DNA of 64,000 nucleotides. It comes from Thermoanaerobaculia bacterium. GTDB lineage: Bacteria > Acidobacteriota > Thermoanaerobaculia > UBA5066. Position 1 is the stretch's first letter, and the number at the start of each line of letters is the position of its first letter. Where the stretch lies: contig CAVRAY010000001.1 in assembly GCA_963719225.1 (NCBI GenBank), forward strand, positions 608,001 to 672,000. Direction: 5' to 3'. The notes beneath the pieces were generated by a model. It worked only from the letters and a program-made list of their open reading frames with translations. It did no database searches and had not been told where the DNA came from. The position numbers and the translations under genes are program-made. Shown one piece after another: positions 58,353-64,000 of the stretch.

Positions 58353-58643
58353 ATGAAGAAGATTCTTCGAGTGCTGGTGCCCGCGGTTCTTCTGTTGATC
58401 GCCCCGGTCTTCGCTCAGGCCGCCGTCGACGACTTCCAGGTGACGGGCAACGTCACGGAGAAGACAGCCGACTCCATCACGGTCATGAAAGGCAAGGAGC
58501 GCTTCCAGATCGCGATCGACAAGGACACGAAGATGACCGGCGACGTGAAGGTCGGCGGCAAGGTCACGATCAAGTACAAGATGCACGCCAGCTCGATCGA
58601 GGCGAAAGAAGCGGCGGCAGCGAAACCCGCGAAGAAGAAGTAG
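58353..58643 (+). CDS. Small exported beta-barrel/OB-fold-like protein
   Basis: AGGAGG SD, signal peptide, QVTG.V..ITVMKGKERF and VKVG.KVTI.Y.M.A motifs. Confidence 0.75.
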   Translation: MKKILRVLVPAVLLLIAPVFAQAAVDDFQVTGNVTEKTADSITVMKGKERFQIAIDKDTKMTGDVKVGGKVTIKYKMHASSIEAKEAAAAKPAKKK

Positions 58644-58644
58644 G

Positions 58645-59727
58645 TCAGGCCTTCGCCAGCTCTTCCTTCAGCTTTTCGGCCTGGAAGTGCGCGACGAGCG
58701 GGTCGATCAGCTCGTCGAGCCGTCCGTCGAGAACGTCCGCGAGCCGGTGTGACGTGAATCCGATGCGATGGTCCGTCACCCGGCTCTGCGGGAAGTTGTA
58801 CGTCCGGATCTTCTCGGAGCGGTCGCCCGAGCCCACCATTTTCTTGCGGTCGGCGGCGTAGGCGGCTTCCTTCTTCGCGCGCTCGGCTTCGTAGATGCGG
58901 GCCTTGAGGACGCGCATCGCCTTCGCCTTGTTCTTGATCTGCGAGCGCTCGTCCTGGCACTGCACGACGACGCCCGTCGGGAGGTGCGTGAGGCGCACCG
59001 CCGAGTAAGTCGTATTGACGCCCTGGCCGCCCGGCCCTGACGCGCAGAAGAGATCCACGCGGACGTCCTTGTCAAGGATCTCCACGTCCACGTCCTCCGC
59101 CTCGGGCAGGACGGCGACCGTGGCCGCGGAGGTGTGTATGCGGCCGGCGGCCTCGGTGGCCGGGACGCGCTGCACGCGGTGAACGCCGCCTTCGTACTTC
59201 AGGCGCGAGTAGGCGCCCTCGCCTTCGACGATGGCCTGGACCTCCTTGAGGCCGCCGGCGCCGCCGGAGTCGCTCCGGTCGATGATCTCGACCTTCCAGC
59301 CGCGGTTCTCCGCGTAGCGCACGTACATCCTCAGGAGCTCCTCGGCGAAGAGAGCCGCCTCGTCGCCGCCGGTTCCCGCCCGGATCTCGAGGACGACGTT
59401 CTTGGCGTCGTTCGGGTCCCTGGGCAGGAGGAGAACGCGGATCTCCTCCAGCGTCGCCTCGCGCCGCGCCTTCAGCTCTTCGAGCTCCTGTTGCGCGATG
59501 GGGCGGAGCTCGTCCGCGGGCGGAAGCGTGTCGACGAGCTCCTGCACGCCGGCGAGCTGCGCGTCGACTCTCTTGCGCTCGCGGTTCTTCTCGACGATCG
59601 GCAGGATCTCGCGCATCGCCCGCATCGTCTTCGTCGCGAGGGCGTGGTCGGCGAGCACCTCGGGCGACGCGGCGCGGGCTTCGAGATCCGCGTAGCGGCG
59701 TTCGATCTCGTCGAGTTTCTGAAACAT
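58645..59727 (-). CDS. prfA: Peptide chain release factor 1
   Basis: [21 protein letters not shown] (PxT), GGQ and RTYNFPQ motifs. Confidence 0.97.
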   Translation of the reverse strand: MFQKLDEIERRYADLEARAASPEVLADHALATKTMRAMREILPIVEKNRERKRVDAQLAGVQELVDTLPPADELRPIAQQELEELKARREATLEEIRVLLLPRDPNDAKNVVLEIRAGTGGDEAALFAEELLRMYVRYAENRGWKVEIIDRSDSGGAGGLKEVQAIVEGEGAYSRLKYEGGVHRVQRVPATEAAGRIHTSAATVAVLPEAEDVDVEILDKDVRVDLFCASGPGGQGVNTTYSAVRLTHLPTGVVVQCQDERSQIKNKAKAMRVLKARIYEAERAKKEAAYAADRKKMVGSGDRSEKIRTYNFPQSRVTDHRIGFTSHRLADVLDGRLDELIDPLVAHFQAEKLKEELAKA

Positions 59728-59765
59728 GGGAGGCGGACGCGGGCGGCCCGGCAGGACCGCCGCGA

Positions 59766-60029
59766 TCAGGCAGTCGTGGAGACGGCGGGCTTGGCGGGCT
59801 TTTCCTTGGCGGGCGCGGCCGCGCCCTTGGGCGTGTTGGCGTAGCGCTTCTGGAAGCGCTCGACGCGGCCGGCCGTGTCGACGAGCTTGGATTTGCCCGT
59901 GAAGAACGGGTGGCAGTTCGAGCAGATCTCGAGGCGGAGCTCGTTCTTCGTGCTCTTGGTCTTCCACGTGTTCCCGCACGCACAGTGCACGGTCACGTCG
60001 TGGTATTCGGGGTGAATCTTCTCTTTCAT
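59766..60029 (-). CDS. rpmE: 50S ribosomal protein L31 (Zn-binding C+ type)
   Basis: [23 protein letters not shown] and GRVERF motifs. Confidence 0.97.
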   Translation of the reverse strand: MKEKIHPEYHDVTVHCACGNTWKTKSTKNELRLEICSNCHPFFTGKSKLVDTAGRVERFQKRYANTPKGAAAPAKEKPAKPAVSTTA

Positions 60030-60145
60030 CTCGGGGCTCCCTTCGCGGCTCCGCCGCGATGTGAGCGGCGCCGGAACCGCGGAGGATAACACGAGCACGG
60101 AGCCCGGGGAACCCCTGAACCGATTGTCCTTGCTAGACTTCGAGC

Positions 60146-61807
60146 GTGCTCGTCCTGAACGTGCGGGTGCCGGGGGAGCCGGCGCGCCGCATCCGGCTCG
60201 ACCGTCCCGTTCTGACCCTGGGCCGTTCCTCCACGAACGACGTGCCCCTCGGGGATCGCACGCTTTCCCGCGTCCACGCGCGGATCGAGGGCGTTCTCGA
60301 CGGCGGGCCGATCCGCCTCGTGGACCTCGGCTCGCGCAACGGCACTTCGTTGAACGGCGCACGCATCACGGAGCCGACGCCCCTTTCGGCCGGGGACCGC
60401 ATCCAGCTCGGCGAGACTCTCGTGGAGATCATCGAGGAATCCACCACCCGCGTCGTCATCGATCCCATCGGGGAAGAGAGCTCGAAGAGAACGACGTTCC
60501 TGCAGTCTTCCAAGGACCTCCTGCGCCCGCACAAACAGGAGAGGGACTCGAAGCTCGGGGCCGAGGAGCTCGCGCGCCTGAACGCTTCGCTGAGGATGCT
60601 CAACGAGATCTCCGTCGATCTTCTCGGCGACATCCCGCTGAACCGCCTGCTCGAGCTCATCCTCGAGAAGACCTTCACGTTCCTGCAGCCCGACCGCGGC
60701 CTCCTGATGCTCGCGGACGAGCACGGAGAGCTGAAGCCCGAGAAGGTGAAGTACGCGCCCGGCGTCGACCCGTCCGACATCCGGCTCAGCAAGACGCTGA
60801 TCCAGTCGGTCGTGGAAAAGAAGAACGGCGTCCTCCTCATCGACGCGGCGACGGACGCCGGCCTCGGCGCCGCCGAGTCCATCCGGATCCAGGGCATCAC
60901 GTCGTGCATGGCGGCCCCTCTTTTCGTCGAGGACAGGGTCATCGGCCTCATCTACCTCGAGGTCCGGCTCGGGCGCAAGAGCTTCAGCGAGGACGACCTG
61001 CGCCTCCTCACGTCGCTCGCGAACACGTCGGCCATCAAGATCCAGAACCTGCGCCTGCAGGAAGGCGCCGCGGCCCGCCAGCGCATCGAGCGCGAGATGG
61101 CGCTCGCATGGGACATTCAGCGGCGCCTGCTGCCGGAGGCCGAGCCCATCCTGCCGCACACGGAGCTCCTCGGGCGGACGGTTCCCTCGCGCACGGTCTC
61201 CGGCGACTACTACGATTTCTTCGAGCGGGGCGACAAGTCGCTCGACGTCGTGGTCGCGGACGTCAGCGGAAAGGGCATGGGCGCCTCGATCCTCGCGGCG
61301 TCGGTTCAGGCCGCGTTCCAGGCTTGGGCCGGCGAGCACTTCCCTCCGGACCGGCTCTGCTCGCGTCTCAACGAGATGGTCTTCCGTCGGACGAGCCCGG
61401 AGAAGTTCATCACGTTCTTCCTCGCGCTCTACGACCCCGAGACGGGCTCGGTCGTCTTCACGAACGCGGGCCACAACCCGGGCATCCTCGTGAGGGCCGC
61501 CGGCACGACGGAGCTCCTCGGCGCCCACGGGCCTCCGCTCGGACTCTTTCCCGGAAAGACGTACGGCTCGGGCACCTTCACCCTGGAGCCGGGCGATCTC
61601 CTCGCCCTCTACACCGACGGAGTGACCGAAGCCGCGAATCCCGAGGACGAGGAATTCGGGACGCAGCGCCTCGTCGACACGCTCGTGAAGGCGCGAGGCG
61701 GCACCGTCGCCGAGATCGAGGCCAGGCTCGGCGAGGGTCTTCTCGCGTTCACGGCGGGCACGCCCTTCGGAGACGACCGGACGTTCGTCCTTCTGAAGAG
61801 AAGCTAG
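60146..61807 (+). CDS. FHA-GAF-PP2C (SpoIIE/RsbU-like) phosphatase
   Basis: FHA ([16 protein letters not shown]), GAF, and PP2C (GDYYD, DVSGKG, NAGH, TDG, DDRT) motifs. Confidence 0.93.
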   Translation: MLVLNVRVPGEPARRIRLDRPVLTLGRSSTNDVPLGDRTLSRVHARIEGVLDGGPIRLVDLGSRNGTSLNGARITEPTPLSAGDRIQLGETLVEIIEESTTRVVIDPIGEESSKRTTFLQSSKDLLRPHKQERDSKLGAEELARLNASLRMLNEISVDLLGDIPLNRLLELILEKTFTFLQPDRGLLMLADEHGELKPEKVKYAPGVDPSDIRLSKTLIQSVVEKKNGVLLIDAATDAGLGAAESIRIQGITSCMAAPLFVEDRVIGLIYLEVRLGRKSFSEDDLRLLTSLANTSAIKIQNLRLQEGAAARQRIEREMALAWDIQRRLLPEAEPILPHTELLGRTVPSRTVSGDYYDFFERGDKSLDVVVADVSGKGMGASILAASVQAAFQAWAGEHFPPDRLCSRLNEMVFRRTSPEKFITFFLALYDPETGSVVFTNAGHNPGILVRAAGTTELLGAHGPPLGLFPGKTYGSGTFTLEPGDLLALYTDGVTEAANPEDEEFGTQRLVDTLVKARGGTVAEIEARLGEGLLAFTAGTPFGDDRTFVLLKRS

Positions 61808-61814
61808 CCCGACC

Positions 61815-63230
61815 TCACGCGCGCGACGGTGCCGCGGGCTCCGGCTCGACTGCGTCCCGGGCGTCCCGCGCGTCGCGCGGGAGCATGCCGTGGCGCTTCA
61901 GCATCTCGTTCAGCGTCGTCGGCTTGAGGCCGAGAAGCTCGGCCGCGCGCTTCTGAACGCCCGACGCACGCTGAAGGGCCGCCGAAAGGAGCGCGCGCTC
62001 GTAGGCCGCGACGGCGTCCTTGAACGAGAGGCCCTCGGCGGGCAGCGACGCCGCGCGCGGCACCGACCGACGCACGGTATCCGGAAGCTGGTCGAGGTCG
62101 ATGACCCCGTGGCCGAGGACGAGGGCGCGCTCGAGGACGTTCTCGAGCTCGCGCACGTTGCCGGGCCAGTCGTGATCGAGGAGCGCCTTCATCGTGGCGG
62201 GCGTGACGGAAGGAACGGCTCGGCCGTTCTCGGCCGCGGCTCGCGCGAGAAGCGTTTCCACGAGAAGCGGAACGTCCTCGCGGCGCTCGCGCAGCGGGGG
62301 AAGAGGAATCGTGATGACGCAGAGGCGGTAGAAGAGATCCTCGCGGAAGCGGCCCTCGGCCACGAGCCGGGCGAGATCGGCGTTCGTGGCCGCGATGACC
62401 CGCACGTCCGCGTGCTGCGGCTCGACCGCGCCCACCGGCAGGAACTCGCGCTCCTGCAAGACACGCAGGAGCTTCGCCTGCGTCTCGATCGGGACCGTGC
62501 CGATCTCGTCGAAGAAGATCGTCCCCTGGTCGGCGGCCTTGAAGAGGCCCTTCTTGTCGGCGACGGCGCCGGTGAACGAGCCACGCACGTGCCCGAAGAG
62601 GTTCGATTCGAGAAGGTCGGGCGGGAGAGCTCCGGAATGCACGGTGACGAACGGGCCCGCCGCCCGCGGTGAGAGCCGGTGAAGCGCCTTTGCGACGAGC
62701 TCCTTGCCGGTTCCGCTCTCGCCGGTGATGAGGACCGTCGAGCGCGCGGCGGCCGCCTGGCGGATCGTCTCGAAGACGCGCTCCATCGAGGCGGAGCGCC
62801 CGATGATCTCCTTGAGGCCGGGCGGAGTCTCGAGGCGCGCCTTCAGGGCGCGGTTCTCGGCCACGAGCCGGCGTTTTTCGAGAGCCTGCTTGACGACGTG
62901 AACGACCTCTTCGTTCCGGAACGGCTTGGGCAGGTAGTGGAACGCGCCCTCGCGCATGGCGGAGATCGCGCTCTCCACCGACGAGTACGCGGTCACGACG
63001 ACGACCGGCACTTCGGGATGCCGCATCTTCACTTCCGCGAGGACCTCGAGGCCCGGGCGGTCGGGGAGCATGAGGTCGAGGAGCAGGAGGTCGACGGGCT
63101 CTTTCGCGAGTCGTTCGAGCCCTTCGGCCGCCGTCGCGGCTTCGCGCGTCACGAACCCTGCCTTCGCGAGGACGGAACCGAGGACGTCGCGGATGACGGG
63201 CTCGTCGTCGAGGATGAGGACGGTGGACAT
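61815..63230 (-). CDS. NtrC-family sigma-54-dependent response regulator
   Basis: REC domain; GESGTGKE, GSFTGA, FFDEI and WPGNVRELEN motifs; HTH. Confidence 0.94.
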   Translation of the reverse strand: MSTVLILDDEPVIRDVLGSVLAKAGFVTREAATAAEGLERLAKEPVDLLLLDLMLPDRPGLEVLAEVKMRHPEVPVVVVTAYSSVESAISAMREGAFHYLPKPFRNEEVVHVVKQALEKRRLVAENRALKARLETPPGLKEIIGRSASMERVFETIRQAAAARSTVLITGESGTGKELVAKALHRLSPRAAGPFVTVHSGALPPDLLESNLFGHVRGSFTGAVADKKGLFKAADQGTIFFDEIGTVPIETQAKLLRVLQEREFLPVGAVEPQHADVRVIAATNADLARLVAEGRFREDLFYRLCVITIPLPPLRERREDVPLLVETLLARAAAENGRAVPSVTPATMKALLDHDWPGNVRELENVLERALVLGHGVIDLDQLPDTVRRSVPRAASLPAEGLSFKDAVAAYERALLSAALQRASGVQKRAAELLGLKPTTLNEMLKRHGMLPRDARDARDAVEPEPAAPSRA

Positions 63231-63233
63231 TTT

Positions 63234-64000
63234 TCAGGTCGCTGCGGGCAGGGATACGGTGAATCGGGCGCCACGCTCTCCCGCGGACGTCACCGTCAGC
63301 GTCCCGCCGTGCGCCTGGATGATATCCCGCGCGATGGCGAGCCCGAGACCCGTCCCTCCCTTTGCGGTCTTCGTGGAATAGAACGGCTCGAACACGCGAG
63401 CCGCTTCGGCGTCTGACAGGCCGGGGCCGTTGTCCTCGACCGAGAAGAGAACGTGGCCGTCGTCCGCGGCGACCCGCAGGCGGACCGCGGGCGGCGGATC
63501 GCCTTCCGCGCGCGGCGACGTGACGGCTTCGAGCCCGTTCTTGGCGAGATTCACGAGCACCTGGACGAGGGCGTCGCGATGCCCCGAGACCTCCGGGAGG
63601 CCCGGCGCCGCCTCGACGTCGAGGGACGCCCGTCGCGCCGCGGTTTCGTCGGCGAGCGCCCAGCCGGCCTCTTCCGCGAGGGCGGCGGGATCGAGGCGCA
63701 CGAACTCGCGCGGCTTCCCGCGCGCGAGATCGAGGAGGCTGCCGACGAGGCGCGAGGCGCGGAACGCCTGACGCTCGATCTTCTCGACGAGAGTTCGGCG
63801 GGGATCGTCGCTCGGCGTCTCGTCGAGAAGGAGGCGCGCAAACCCCGCGACGCCCGCGAGCGGCGTATTGACCTCGTGCGCGACGCCGGCCGACAGCGTT
63901 CCGAGAGCCGCGAGGCGCTCCCGGTCAGCGAGCGCGCGTTCGAGGCGCGCGGTCTCGGTGGCGTCGTAGAGGACGAGGACGCGGGCGCGGGACCCCGGCA
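63234..64000 (-). CDS. Sensor histidine kinase, C-terminal part (5' end lies outside the window)
   Basis: H-box AGVAHEVNTPL, N-box QVLVNLAKN, DNGPG, FEPFYSTK and GTGLGL. Confidence 0.92.
   Translation of the reverse strand, partial: PGSRARVLVLYDATETARLERALADRERLAALGTLSAGVAHEVNTPLAGVAGFARLLLDETPSDDPRRTLVEKIERQAFRASRLVGSLLDLARGKPREFVRLDPAALAEEAGWALADETAARRASLDVEAAPGLPEVSGHRDALVQVLVNLAKNGLEAVTSPRAEGDPPPAVRLRVAADDGHVLFSVEDNGPGLSDAEAARVFEPFYSTKTAKGGTGLGLAIARDIIQAHGGTLTVTSAGERGARFTVSLPAAT

Noticed and set aside
55245-58375. Weak motif-like strings at about 55246 (AGGATTTCCTTA) and about 58357 (AGAAGATTCTTCGAGTG)
   Set aside because: Short matches in promoter or 5' coding regions that are naturally AT-richer; not counted without a PWM score.

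Overview
High-GC bacterial chromosomal DNA (roughly 70% by eye), almost fully coding, with about 67 genes. Gene content and style suggest Acidobacteriota, probably Thermoanaerobaculia; this is inference. Main blocks, left to right: end of a multiheme cytochrome c gene with a cupredoxin-like partner; a VapBC-type TA pair; tlpA, a TIGR02757 gene and hflX; a sugar-phosphate operon (tal-tkt-zwf-pgl-glk-PPi-type pfk); an oxidative-stress locus (trxB-peroxiredoxin divergent from rubrerythrin-FeS oxidoreductase-DUF3501); lemA with three TPM genes; rplU-rpmA-obgE-nadD-rsfS; dksA and holA; a giant CPBP protease; a beta-helix protein; SWIM+SNF2; a small gene graveyard; rsmI; a second TA pair; slt-hinT-murA-prmC; heme A biogenesis genes; an NSAR/M20/GNAT trio; prfA-rpmE; and signalling genes. 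I recognised no tRNA, rRNA, CRISPR array, integrase or transposase. The most striking unexplained signal is a dispersed, AT- and purine-skewed motif of about 25-30 bp (consensus near GAAGA..GATTT(T)CTTAGAAGnTGAAGAGGG). It has at least a dozen copies, mostly as convergent inverted pairs around unrelated spacers, both just after stop codons and written in frame into proteins. Other notable signals are pervasive leaderless-type promoters, repeated CTG starts at CTGA overlaps, and a headless sigma-54 activator with a broken Walker B motif. All calls come from reading the sequence; no searches were run.
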